From positions 1 to 43,198 of the forward strand of contig CAYTKP010000004.1 of the NCBI GenBank assembly GCA_964438695.1: a DNA stretch of 43,198 nt, in the 5' to 3' direction. This DNA comes from an uncultured Atribacterota bacterium (GTDB taxonomy: Bacteria > Atribacterota > Phoenicimicrobiia > Phoenicimicrobiales > Phoenicimicrobiaceae). The translations under genes and the position numbers were made by a program. The stretch's first letter is position 1. Each line of letters opens with the position of its first letter. Below are positions 28,408 through 37,900 of the stretch, piece by piece. Under the pieces are notes generated by a model that did no database searches, had not been told where the DNA came from, and saw only the letters and a list, made by a program, of their open reading frames with translations.

Positions 28408-29121
28408 CTAAATAACCGCCTTATGATTTATATATAATCCCTCTCGGCAAATCTGCTTAATGTTTACAATATAATCAGTCTTAGAGAATTTAGACAACCA
28501 GGATTCTATAACATATCGTGGGTTCAAATTCTCGTTCGGCCCAATGCTTAACCATAGTTCAAGTTTTAAAATCTGCCCCTTATGCTCTTTCGCCTCCATA
28601 CTTAAGATCGCTGGTCTTATGTTAATATTTTTTATCCCCTTTTTGGTCTCTTTCTCAATAAGTATCTCTTTTTGGCTTAAAAAATATTTAATATTTTTAT
28701 TTATTTCATCAATCAGATCTTTTTTCCTAAAATCTATGGTTTCTTTCCTAAATTTTAGCTTGAGAGTGATCATATAAGAAGCCGAATCAATTACCTTAAT
28801 TAAAGACTCGGAAGATAAGGGAATTTCCTTTGCCTTTATTATGTTCAACCCCAAAGGTAACACTCTGTTCAATCTATCTTTTAACTCCCCTAAACTCATT
28901 TCTTCTTTTAATCTTATATCTAAATACTCGGATTTACTGCTAATTCCTAAAGGTAAAGGAGGTCCAAAAGATATTCTAAATCGAGGATTAAAACCAATTG
29001 ATATAACCATCGGAATATCCGCTCTTCTTAAGGCTCGAGTAAAAACCTGAGCCATATTTAAATGGGAAATATATTTGAGAGGTCCGGTTTTACTATATTT
29101 TACTCTGATTAATTTTTCCAA
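28408..29121 (-). CDS. TIGR03936 / DUF2344 radical-SAM-associated protein
   Basis: 'KYSKTGPLKYISHLNMAQVFTRALRRADIP..FNPRFRISFGPPLPLG'. Follows the TIGR03960-type rSAM gene, as this family usually does. Confidence 0.7.
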   Translation of the reverse strand: MEKLIRVKYSKTGPLKYISHLNMAQVFTRALRRADIPMVISIGFNPRFRISFGPPLPLGISSKSEYLDIRLKEEMSLGELKDRLNRVLPLGLNIIKAKEIPLSSESLIKVIDSASYMITLKLKFRKETIDFRKKDLIDEINKNIKYFLSQKEILIEKETKKGIKNINIRPAILSMEAKEHKGQILKLELWLSIGPNENLNPRYVIESWLSKFSKTDYIVNIKQICREGLYINHKAVI

Positions 29122-29240
29122 AAATAATCTCCTTCCTTTAGTTAATTTACAAATTTATCAGATTTAAATCATTATAATTACTCCATTAGCCGGCTGGTCC
29201 ATTTACCACTTATCTGGTTTGCAGGGTTTGGCTGTCCTAT

Positions 29241-29297
29241 CGCTCTACGCTACCCGTTCCACGCTATACTATTATACTAACAATACTAACAACTAAT
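29241..29297 (+). repeat. Heptamer-phased array (CGCTCTA CGCTACC CGTTCCA CGCTATA ...ACTAACA)
   Basis: CGYT at 29241/48/55/62. The 14-mer CGCTCTACGCTACC is identical to 13901-13914. Confidence 0.7.
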
Positions 29298-31109
29298 TCA
29301 ACATACTCCACAAAAAGTACAGGATTCAAAGCGGCAATCAGGGGTAGTCTCTCCCTTTCGAGATTTCTCTTTCTCTCTAAGGAAAAATTCTTTATTTACT
29401 CCGCAAGAAATATGATCCCAGGGTAAAACTTCGTCATCCCCTCGCTCTCTATTAGCATAAAATTCCATAGAAAGCCCACTCTCCTTAAAGGCCCTTTGCC
29501 AAGCTTCAAAATTAAACTGTTCTCGCCAGGCATCAAATTTACAACCTAAATAATGGGCTCTCTCTAATACTTCACCTAACCTCCTATCTCCGCGAGCAAA
29601 GACTGCTTCTAAATAACTTCGATTAATGTCGGGATAACTAAAAGAAATATTTTTTCTTCTTAGCTTATTACTCAAATAACTCAATTTTTGCGATAAAATA
29701 TCTCTTTTTTCCTGAGCTTCCCATTGAAAAGGAGTATGGGGCTTAGGTACAAAAGCAGACACACTAACATTTATGCCTATTCTCCTACCGGTTACTTCTC
29801 TACCTATCTGCTCAACTTTATTTATTAGTCTAACAATTTCTTCCACATCTTCATTAGTCTCGGTAGGTAAACCTATCATAAAATAAAGTTTTATCCTTCT
29901 CCATCCCCCCTCAAAGGCAGCTCTTACCGATGAATACAAGTCTTCTTCTTGAACATTTTTATTTATCACATCTCTTAATCGCTGGGTCGCCACCTCAGGA
30001 GCAAAAGTAAGGCCAGTCTTTCTAACCTTTTGAATTTGTTGGGCTAAATTAACCGAAAAGGCATCTATTCTTAAAGAGGGTAAAGAAACACCCACACCCT
30101 TTTCCCTAAAGCGGTCTACTAATTTAGCAATCAATTCCTCTATCTGACTATAGTCGCTAGAGCTTAAAGAGGATAAAGATACCTCTTCGTATCCGGTATG
30201 GCTAAGAATTTCCTCAGCCAATTCAATTAATTTATCTACTGATTTCTCTCTCACGGGGCGATATATCATCCCCGCCTGGCAGAAACGGCATCCTCTAGTG
30301 CATCCTCGAAATATTTCCAAGGTTATTCTATCATGGACCACATCTATATTGGGAACAATAGGATAAAGAGGAAAGGATGTTTGATTAAAATTAGAAATTA
30401 ACCGTTTTTTAATTAAAGAAGGTATCCCTTTTTGTTTGGGAGTAATTGATTTGACCTTACCATCTTCAAAATAATTTACCTCATAAAAAGAAGGGACGTA
30501 AACCCCTTCTAGCTGAGCTAACTTCTTTAAGAGTTCTCCTCTACTTTGCTGCTGATTTTTCCATTTTTTATAAATTTCTATAATTTCTAAAGTAATTTCT
30601 TCCCCATCACCTATCACAAACAGATCAATAAAATTAGCTAAGGGCTCTGGATTAAAAGCCCCTGGCCCACCGGCAATAACTAGAGGATCTCTTTCCTTTC
30701 TGTCTTTGGACTTTAAAGGGATCTGCCCAAGTTCGATAAGATTCAGGATGTTAGAAAAACACAATTCATGTTGAAGGGTAAATCCTACAATATCGAAACA
30801 ATTTAAAGGTCGATAGGTTTCTAAAGAAAAGACGGGAACCTGTCGTTCCCTTAGCAATTTTTCCATATCTACTGCTGGTGAAAAAACCCTTTCAGCGAAA
30901 GCATCTTCTCTTTTATTGATGATATCGTATAGTATTTTAAATCCTAAATAGCTCATTCCAATTTCATACAAATCAGGAAAAGCTAAGGCCATTTTAATTA
31001 TAGAGTTATCTTCTTCTTTTATTATTTCATTGAATTCTTTACCAGTATATCTCCCTGGTTTTTCTACTTTATCCAACAATTCATCAAACAATATTTTTTT
31101 TATATTCAA
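29298..31109 (-). CDS. Radical SAM protein, TIGR03960-like, with N-terminal B12-binding-like domain
   Basis: 'CTRGCRFCQAG' CxxxCxxC cluster motif. About 600 aa. Confidence 0.8.
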   Translation of the reverse strand: MNIKKILFDELLDKVEKPGRYTGKEFNEIIKEEDNSIIKMALAFPDLYEIGMSYLGFKILYDIINKREDAFAERVFSPAVDMEKLLRERQVPVFSLETYRPLNCFDIVGFTLQHELCFSNILNLIELGQIPLKSKDRKERDPLVIAGGPGAFNPEPLANFIDLFVIGDGEEITLEIIEIYKKWKNQQQSRGELLKKLAQLEGVYVPSFYEVNYFEDGKVKSITPKQKGIPSLIKKRLISNFNQTSFPLYPIVPNIDVVHDRITLEIFRGCTRGCRFCQAGMIYRPVREKSVDKLIELAEEILSHTGYEEVSLSSLSSSDYSQIEELIAKLVDRFREKGVGVSLPSLRIDAFSVNLAQQIQKVRKTGLTFAPEVATQRLRDVINKNVQEEDLYSSVRAAFEGGWRRIKLYFMIGLPTETNEDVEEIVRLINKVEQIGREVTGRRIGINVSVSAFVPKPHTPFQWEAQEKRDILSQKLSYLSNKLRRKNISFSYPDINRSYLEAVFARGDRRLGEVLERAHYLGCKFDAWREQFNFEAWQRAFKESGLSMEFYANRERGDDEVLPWDHISCGVNKEFFLREKEKSRKGETTPDCRFESCTFCGVC

Positions 31110-31233
31110 TTTTTTTTAACTCCTAATTTCTAACTTATATTTTCTTTACCATATACTCGATACTTATACTATACTTATCTACTTATCCTATGCGCTCTAC
31201 ACTAAACACTACCCGCTCTGCATTATAATATAT

Positions 31234-31268
31234 CCTAACGACTATTCACTATTCACCAACGACACTAA
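31234..31268 (+). repeat. Heptamer array CCTAACG ACTATTC ACTATTC ACCAACG ACACTAA
   Basis: 7-nt phase at 31234/41/48/55/62. Lies immediately 3' of the rodA stop (31272). Confidence 0.8.
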
Positions 31269-31271
31269 TAT

Positions 31272-32384
31272 TTACCACCTTACCTTATGCAATTCCACAT
31301 TTAATAATATCCCTATAACTACTAAATTAGAAATCATAAAGCTCCCCCCGTAACTTAAAAAAGGTAGGGGTAATCCTGTTGCGGGTAATATTCCCATTGC
31401 CATCCCAATATTTACTACTATATGAAAAAACAGAAAAGATACTGCTCCGGTTGCCAATAAGCTCCCCAATAAATCTCTTGCCTCCAGAGCAATTTTAATT
31501 CCTCTCCATAAAACAATAACATAGAGACCTAATAACAAGATAGCTCCCACAAAACCTAATTCTTCTCCCACTACCGAAAATATAAAATCGGTATGTTGAG
31601 CCGGTAGAAAGTTTAATTGGCTTTGCAAACCATTAAAAAGCCCCCTTCCCAGAAAGCTACCAGAACCAATGGCAATTTTTGACTGAATAACATTATAGCC
31701 GCCACCCAAGGGATCCAAATTAGGATTTAAAAATAAAATCAATCTCCTTTTTTGATATTCTTTTAAAAAAAACCATAAAATGGGAACCGAAGATAAAACC
31801 ATAAAAAATATAGTTATCAAATACTTTATCTTGACTCCTGCCACAAACAACATCATTATAAGAATTGCTAAATATACCAAAGAAGTCCCCAAATCTGGTT
31901 GTTTAAATACCAAGAATATTAATATGCCAGTATAGGCAAAAGGTAATAAAAAATAGAAAAAATTATCCAGTTTTAATTTGTTTTTAGATAAAAAATCCGC
32001 TAAAAATATTATTAAAGCAATTTTAGCAAACTCGGAAGGCTGTAAACCAAAAGCTCCAATCGATAACCAACGCCTTGCTCCATAAGTTGACCTCCCCGAA
32101 ACAATTACCATCAATAACAAGATAACAGCTATAAAATAGATAAACTGAGAATAACTTTCCAACCTATGATAATCAACGAAAATTACGATAATTAAAAATA
32201 TAAACCCCCATCCTATCCATAAAGACTGTCGTCTAACATATAAAAAGGGGTCTACTGGTATAGAACTAGAACCAATACGAGTAGAACTATACAATACTAA
32301 AATACCATAAAAACAGAGAAATACTACCGCAAAGAGAAGAGTATAATCCAAATTTTCACTTAATTTCCCTAATTTTTCTTTCAT
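31272..32384 (-). CDS. rodA: SEDS peptidoglycan glycosyltransferase RodA
   Basis: FtsW/RodA/SpoVE family: 'QPSEFAKI', 'HTDFIFS' and 'LPFLSYGGS'. ATG 32384 follows GGGTGGAA. The ORF-track N-terminus MTNLVPG is encoded by the palindrome-associated repeat. Confidence 0.85.
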   Translation of the reverse strand: MKEKLGKLSENLDYTLLFAVVFLCFYGILVLYSSTRIGSSSIPVDPFLYVRRQSLWIGWGFIFLIIVIFVDYHRLESYSQFIYFIAVILLLMVIVSGRSTYGARRWLSIGAFGLQPSEFAKIALIIFLADFLSKNKLKLDNFFYFLLPFAYTGILIFLVFKQPDLGTSLVYLAILIMMLFVAGVKIKYLITIFFMVLSSVPILWFFLKEYQKRRLILFLNPNLDPLGGGYNVIQSKIAIGSGSFLGRGLFNGLQSQLNFLPAQHTDFIFSVVGEELGFVGAILLLGLYVIVLWRGIKIALEARDLLGSLLATGAVSFLFFHIVVNIGMAMGILPATGLPLPFLSYGGSFMISNLVVIGILLNVELHKVRW

Positions 32385-32412
32385 TCTTCCACCCTTCAAT
32401 AATTGAGATCCC

Positions 32413-32468
32413 GGCACCAAATTTGTCATAAATGTAAAAAAAGGTGCCTGGCACTTTTTTTTACATTT
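32413..32468. repeat. Palindromic element C plus a GGCACCAAATTTGTCAT remnant
   Basis: 32430-32468 reads AAATGTAAAAAAAGGTGCC-T-GGCACTTTTTTTTACATTT. The 56-nt block is nearly identical to 40779-40834. Overlaps the mrdA stop by 1 nt. Confidence 0.9.
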
Positions 32469-34231
32469 TACTTTTGGAGATTAAAATATTTTTCTAACAT
32501 AGCCCGGGCGATGGGAGCAGCTATCTCGCCACCCTCTCCTCCATTTTCTATAAAAACTGTAATACATACTTCCGGATTTTCATAAGGAGCAAAGCCCACA
32601 AACCAGGCATGGGTTTCTCCTTGAGGATTCTGAGCTGTTCCGGTTTTACCTGCTATCGATAACTCCTTAGAATTTGCCCGCCAACCTGTTCCTTTTAATA
32701 TAGCAGCTCGCAACCCTTCTTTGACTATTTGAAAAGTACTTGCTGATATATCCACTTTTCTTGATATTTCTGGCTCAATTCTTTTAACTACATTACCCTC
32801 CGGGGAAATTATTTCTTTCACTAAATGTAATTTATAAATATCCCCTTCAGTAGTTATTGCACATACGATACTGTGAATTTGTAAAGGAGTTAACAAAACA
32901 TATCCTTGCCCTATAGAAAGATTGATATCATCACCTGGAAACCATATCTGTTTGAACTCCTTCTGCTTCCATTCGCGGGAAGGTATTATTCCTAATGCCT
33001 CTCCCGGTAAATCAATTCCGACCTTTTCTTCTAACCCAAATTTATGCATATACTTATTGAATCCTTCTATACCCAATTCTTTTCCCATCGTATAAAAATA
33101 GATGTTGCAGGATTGAGCGATAGCATCAATAATGTTTAAATTGCCATGCCCTGATTTCTTCCAACAATTAAAAACTTGGTCAGCTAACTTGAAAGTACCA
33201 GAACAATATACCTTCCTTTTTCTATCAGTAATCCCTTCTTCTAAGGAAGCAATAGCGGTAATTATTTTAAATGCTGAACCGGGGGGATAGGCACACTGGA
33301 TACTCCGATTAGTTAAAGGATATTCGGGATCTGACGAAATTCGCTCCCAATCAGATTGAGAAATTCCCCGGGCAAATAAATTTGGGTTAAAAGAGGGCTC
33401 ATTTACTAAAGCCAATATCTCGCCAGTATAAGGATTGCTCAGGATTATAGAGCCTTTTTTACCATATAGTAAATTTTCTCCATAAATCTGTAAATCTCTA
33501 TCAATAGTTAAAACTAAATCCTCCCCTGGAACAGGTCTCTTAAACAATAAAGTAGCTACTTCTCTCCCCAGGGCATCAACCTCGACCTCTTTCCCCCCTT
33601 TTTCTCCCTTTAAAAGGTCATCATAATATTTTTCCAACCCGGCTTTGCCAATAATATCTCCTCCCTGGAATTCAGGATTCCCTAATCTTTGCAGTTCCGC
33701 TTTGTCTATTTCTCCGACATATCCTAAACAATGAGCAGCTAATTCCTGATACAGATAGTTCCTTCTAGGTTTAACCTCTAAGATCACTCCTTTTAGTTCT
33801 TCTCTCTTCTCTTCAATCTCAATTACTATAGCTTTTTCACAATCATCCAAAATTTGCACTGGTTTAAAAGGGTTAGCAGTATACTTTTTTACCTTTTGCA
33901 CAATTGCTTCTTCAGATAGACCAATTATTTTAGCTAATCTTTTACTTAATTCTTCTAAGTCATCTACTTCCGCCGGGATTATGGAAACTACTACTGCTGG
34001 TCGATTAGCCACTAAAATTTCCTTTTGGCGGTCATAAATATATCCTCGAGGAGCATCTTCGACTAAAGAACGAATACAATTTTTTACTGCTCTTTCTTTA
34101 AATTCTCCTCCTTTGATAATTTGTAGATACCATAGATTGAGAACTAAAAAAGAAAAACATATTATAATAAATATTAACAACCAATTTATTCGTTGCTTTA
34201 CCTCTTCTGGGACAGTAGAAGATTCTTTCAT
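32468..34231 (-). CDS. mrdA: Penicillin-binding protein 2 (elongasome transpeptidase)
   Basis: N-terminal TM anchor. SxxK 'GSAFK', SxN 'SCN' and 'KTGT' motifs. Confidence 0.85.
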   Translation of the reverse strand: MKESSTVPEEVKQRINWLLIFIIICFSFLVLNLWYLQIIKGGEFKERAVKNCIRSLVEDAPRGYIYDRQKEILVANRPAVVVSIIPAEVDDLEELSKRLAKIIGLSEEAIVQKVKKYTANPFKPVQILDDCEKAIVIEIEEKREELKGVILEVKPRRNYLYQELAAHCLGYVGEIDKAELQRLGNPEFQGGDIIGKAGLEKYYDDLLKGEKGGKEVEVDALGREVATLLFKRPVPGEDLVLTIDRDLQIYGENLLYGKKGSIILSNPYTGEILALVNEPSFNPNLFARGISQSDWERISSDPEYPLTNRSIQCAYPPGSAFKIITAIASLEEGITDRKRKVYCSGTFKLADQVFNCWKKSGHGNLNIIDAIAQSCNIYFYTMGKELGIEGFNKYMHKFGLEEKVGIDLPGEALGIIPSREWKQKEFKQIWFPGDDINLSIGQGYVLLTPLQIHSIVCAITTEGDIYKLHLVKEIISPEGNVVKRIEPEISRKVDISASTFQIVKEGLRAAILKGTGWRANSKELSIAGKTGTAQNPQGETHAWFVGFAPYENPEVCITVFIENGGEGGEIAAPIARAMLEKYFNLQK

Positions 34232-34284
34232 ATTTACCCTCTAAACTCATTCTCGTTTTTCGTAATTTATTCAATATTAGATTT

Positions 34285-35097
34285 TCATCTCTGGCAAATC
34301 TTACAAAGCTTAATAAACTGAAAAAGTAGAAAACCAATCACTGACACCATTACTATCGTCGCTCCGGACGCCAAATTAAACTGATAAGACAGGAATAGTC
34401 CTATTAGCCCAAAGACCACACTAAGAAGAATTGAAATAAACATCATCTTCTTCAAATTTGCTCTAATCTGTCTGCTTATTGCTGCCGGGATAGTTAATAG
34501 GGCAATCACTAAAATAATCCCTACTACTCTTACCAGCACTACTATAGTCAAAGCAATCAAACATAAAAGTAGTAAGTATAATTTCATTGCGGGGAGTCCT
34601 ATTACAGTAGCAAATTCATCATCAAATAAAAGGGCTAAAAACTCTTTATAAAACAGAGATACCACTATGATTATCACTAAATCCAGGATTAACATTATTA
34701 TCAAGTCAGTAGTGGTTACTGTTAATATACTACCAAAAAGGTAACTGAAAAGATCAGGGGCATAACCTGGACTCAAACCAATAAAGATTACTCCCATAGA
34801 CATACCAAAAGCCCATATTATTCCAATTGCAGTATCTTCTGGTAGCTTAGTGCGTTTACTCACTAACCCCATAACCAGGGCAGAGATTATACTAAATGGG
34901 ATTATCCCCCAGACAGGATTTATTCCCAAAAAATATCCCAAACCTATACCTCCGAAGGAGGCGTGAGCGATCCCCCCACTTATAAAAACAATTCTCTTTA
35001 CTACGATATAAACTCCAATAATTCCACAAGCAATACTAGCCAAAATTATAGCTAATAAAGCATTTCTCATAAATTCATATTGTAATAATCCCATCAT
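34285..35097 (-). CDS. Metal (Zn/Mn) ABC transporter permease, ABC-3 family
   Basis: 8-TM ZnuB/TroCD-like protein with '[15 protein letters not shown]'. Confidence 0.8.
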   Translation of the reverse strand: MMGLLQYEFMRNALLAIILASIACGIIGVYIVVKRIVFISGGIAHASFGGIGLGYFLGINPVWGIIPFSIISALVMGLVSKRTKLPEDTAIGIIWAFGMSMGVIFIGLSPGYAPDLFSYLFGSILTVTTTDLIIMLILDLVIIIVVSLFYKEFLALLFDDEFATVIGLPAMKLYLLLLCLIALTIVVLVRVVGIILVIALLTIPAAISRQIRANLKKMMFISILLSVVFGLIGLFLSYQFNLASGATIVMVSVIGFLLFQFIKLCKICQR

Positions 35098-35177
35098 ATC
35101 ATATTTTCCTCTATCTTTTCTTCACCAGATCTCGTCTGGGTATTAGCTTATTGATTTCCATTACTCAATACCTCTTC

Positions 35178-35229
35178 TCAATCCTCAATCCTAAATCCTA
35201 AATACTCGATATACTCGATACTCGATACC
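35178..35229 (+). repeat. Tandem heptamers TCAATCC x2, TAAATCC, TAAATAC, TCGATAT, ACTCGAT x2
   Basis: Read directly from the sequence. Sits inside the 134-nt gap between the ATPase and permease genes of one transporter. Confidence 0.85.
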
Positions 35230-35231
35230 AA

Positions 35232-36044
35232 TTAATGCTTTCTGAGTACTCTATGAGGAATCCCATGAGCAATTAGGTCTACAGGACAATGATAAGTTGC
35301 CTTTAAATCCTCCCATCTAATCTCCTTAGAATTATGATAAAAAAGTCGACGATTTAAACAGGCAATCTTATCCACATAAATCGACACTGCCGTAAGATCA
35401 TGAGTAACTAAAACGATAGTTATTTTTTTCTTTAATCTTGCCAATAATTCATAGAATCCAGTCTGTAAGAGAGTATCAATACTAGCTAAAGGTTCATCAA
35501 GCAACAGTATTTTAGGGTCAGCCACCAGGGCGCGAGCAATAAAAACTCTTTGCTGTTGGCCACCCGAAAGCTTCCCTATCTGCCTATTCTTAAATTCTAA
35601 CATCCCGACAAGATCAAGTGCTGCTTGTGCCTTTTGTTTATCTGCTTGGTTATAGGATTTAAAATATTTGCTCTTACCCCATCTTCCCATTAGAACAACT
35701 TCTTCGACCCTTATGGGAAATTCTCTATCAAAAAGGGGATATTGAGGGACATAACCAATGTGCTTCCTATTCTTTTCAGGTTTTCCTCCAAAAACCTGTA
35801 CTTCCCCTTTACTGGGTAAAATCAAACCCAATATTACTTTAAGTAGAGTAGTCTTACCCCCACCATTGGGGCCTATTATACCCAAAAATTCTTGTCCGTA
35901 AATGGAAAGATTAATATCTTCTAAAACATTAATATCGTTATAACTTACCCATACATTTTTTAAGCTAATAATTTCTTGTTTTTTATTATGGTAAATTTTA
36001 TCAGCTTTACCCTCAGATTTGGTATTATCATCTGAATTTATCAA
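35232..36044 (-). CDS. Metal ABC transporter ATP-binding protein
   Basis: Walker A 'GPNGGGKTT', signature 'LSGGQQQR' and Walker B 'LLLDEP'. The TTG start overlaps the upstream stop (TTGA). Confidence 0.85.
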   Translation of the reverse strand: MINSDDNTKSEGKADKIYHNKKQEIISLKNVWVSYNDINVLEDINLSIYGQEFLGIIGPNGGGKTTLLKVILGLILPSKGEVQVFGGKPEKNRKHIGYVPQYPLFDREFPIRVEEVVLMGRWGKSKYFKSYNQADKQKAQAALDLVGMLEFKNRQIGKLSGGQQQRVFIARALVADPKILLLDEPLASIDTLLQTGFYELLARLKKKITIVLVTHDLTAVSIYVDKIACLNRRLFYHNSKEIRWEDLKATYHCPVDLIAHGIPHRVLRKH

Positions 36045-36973
36045 TATTCATTACCTCCCAATGCTGTGGCTAATATTTGAAGACTATTTATATAATCCCG
36101 AGCTAAAGGGTCAGCAGTTATAATCTTAGCCTCTATCTCTTTTGCTATCACCTCAGCACTTTTAATATTAAATTGGGGAGAACACAAAATAATAGATACC
36201 TGATTAGCTCTTGCCTGCTTTATTATCCCCACTAAAGAGGCAGCACTTGGTTCTTTCCCTTCTTCTTCAATAGCCATCTGAATAAGGTTATATTCTTTGG
36301 CAAAGTAAGTCCAGGAAGGATGGTAAGTTAAAAATCTTTTATTCTTCATCTCATTAATCTTAATTCTAATTTCTTTATCCAATTCATCTAATTTTAGATT
36401 AAATTCTTTCACGTTTTCCTCAAAATACTCTCGGCTAAGAGGGTCAATTTGTATTAAAGCCTGACCAATATTTTGCACTATTTTTTGAGCATTTTTAGGA
36501 GATAACCAGATATGGGGGTCATTATTTATTATTTTAATACCTAAAGAAGAATCACATATCAACATATCTCTATTTACTGCCCTAATCTTATCCATCCAGG
36601 CTAATTCAAAATCAATTCCTGACCCTATCTTAACATACAATTGTGCCTGGCTAATCTCCTTTAACTGTGATGGTGTCGGCTCATAAGTGTGCGGGCTAGC
36701 CCCCGGAGGGACCATAACCCTAACTTCTACTCTATCTTTCCCCACTTGTTCAACAAAATTAGCCAAAGGCAAAATAGTAACTACTACTCCAATCTTATCT
36801 TTGGAAAATAAGGGTTCAACTACTTTCTCCTTCCCACTCACCCCCCCTATAGAAAGCAAAAAAATTAAGACTGTAATAATAAATAAGGCAAAATATTGCT
36901 TACAAAGACTGTCAGGGGAGGAAATTCCTCTGATTTTCCGGCGATTTTGATTATTTCTTTTTATTAGTTTCAT
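36041..36973 (-). CDS. Metal ABC transporter substrate-binding protein (TroA/ZnuA family)
   Basis: 'PPGASPHTYEPTPSQ', 'DPHIWLSP' and 'HPSWTYFA' metal-ligand His motifs. N-terminal anchor. Confidence 0.8.
   Translation of the reverse strand: MKLIKRNNQNRRKIRGISSPDSLCKQYFALFIITVLIFLLSIGGVSGKEKVVEPLFSKDKIGVVVTILPLANFVEQVGKDRVEVRVMVPPGASPHTYEPTPSQLKEISQAQLYVKIGSGIDFELAWMDKIRAVNRDMLICDSSLGIKIINNDPHIWLSPKNAQKIVQNIGQALIQIDPLSREYFEENVKEFNLKLDELDKEIRIKINEMKNKRFLTYHPSWTYFAKEYNLIQMAIEEEGKEPSAASLVGIIKQARANQVSIILCSPQFNIKSAEVIAKEIEAKIITADPLARDYINSLQILATALGGNEY
36904..36933. repeat. GACTGTCAGGGGAGGAAATTCCTC hairpin repeat, copy 2 (inside the 5' coding part of the binding-protein gene)
   Basis: Related to 11104-11140 and 37901-37940. 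Translated in a different frame from copy 1. Confidence 0.6.
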
Positions 36974-37077
36974 AGCATACCTTTTCTGACCGACTGACTA
37001 AAATTCATCAACAATTTTTTAAACTTAGACCCTTAAGAAGATAAACAAAGATAAGATATTATGCCTGTCCTAAAATC

Positions 37078-37569
37078 TTATATCTCTCTATCTTTACCTA
37101 ATATCTTTACTACTATAAGAAAAACAAAGGGTGACAATAAGCAATTAAATAATGCCTCGGGGAGAGCTATTTGTTTCAGACTCCAGGCTAAGCCATATTC
37201 TATCCCAAAAGCACGGAGCACAAAAAATATTAATATACTCTGACCAATCGAAGCCGCAAAGGTTATTATAGGAATAAGAAATAAAATATGCTCAGGGAAT
37301 ATTTTATTTCTTAAAATTCCACAGGTAAAACCAATGATGGTTTTGACTAAAGCATTTACACCTAACAAGCCAGAAGAAAAAATATCTTGCAGGAGACCGG
37401 ACGCAAATCCCGAAATACACCCCTCTTCAGCCCCCTGAAGTAAGGAAAATATTATTACTACTATTAGTATCAAATCTGGTTTTAAACCTTGAATGGTAAA
37501 TGAATTAGCAAGAGTTAATTGAATTAATAAAGCAGTAGCAATTATGGCAATTTTCAGATATATTTTCAT
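37078..37569 (-). CDS. mreD: Rod shape-determining protein MreD
   Basis: 163-aa protein with 5 TM helices and 'KPDLILIVVIIFSLL..G...GF..GLLQD', an MreD-like pattern. Confidence 0.55.
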   Translation of the reverse strand: MKIYLKIAIIATALLIQLTLANSFTIQGLKPDLILIVVIIFSLLQGAEEGCISGFASGLLQDIFSSGLLGVNALVKTIIGFTCGILRNKIFPEHILFLIPIITFAASIGQSILIFFVLRAFGIEYGLAWSLKQIALPEALFNCLLSPFVFLIVVKILGKDREI

Positions 37570-37734
37570 TAATCTTCTCCTAAATCTTACCAGTACTTAC
37601 AAGATGCTGAGTATGCTAAACAGAGTAAACTCCTCCTAAAATTTCTTTACATCCTTTTTTATTCCATCTCGGCTCTGTAAAAAAAATTTCTCTGATAATC
37701 TAATTAGAATTTTTTGAAAAGAATTTATTTGAGA

Positions 37735-37774
37735 GTATCGAATTTTTTGAAATTTCAATAGTCCTAAATAAAAG
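37735..37774. repeat. ATCGAATTTTTTGAAATTTCAAT repeat, copy 3
   Basis: Aligns with 11237-11275 and 28284-28322. A partial fourth copy lies at 37704-37728. Confidence 0.55.
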
Positions 37775-37900
37775 GCTAAAGATTATTGAATAAAAATTGG
37801 AAATTCCTTAGGCCTTTGACAAATTTAGAAACTTAGAGGCGATAGTTTATTTAAATATTTAAATTAAGAGGGCGCTTAATTTTTTTATTAGATGTTGATG

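Noticed and set aside
34098-34337. A 79-aa minus-strand ORF overlapping the mrdA 5' end and the permease 3' end.
   Set aside because: It overlaps two confident genes, has no RBS and gives a nonsense-like sequence.
243-35229. Could the short regularly spaced repeats be a CRISPR array?
   Set aside because: The units are 7 nt and directly tandem, with no unique spacers of 25-40 nt. The longer repeats (palindrome, 350-bp element) are kilobases apart. No cas genes are present.
37816-37887. A plus-strand TTGACA (37816-37821) followed about 50 nt later by TTAAG-AGGGCG-CTTAA plus T7, as a tiny sRNA gene.
   Set aside because: No acceptable -10 hexamer lies at 16-19 nt spacing. The stem is only 5 bp and AT-rich, which is easily chance in this composition.
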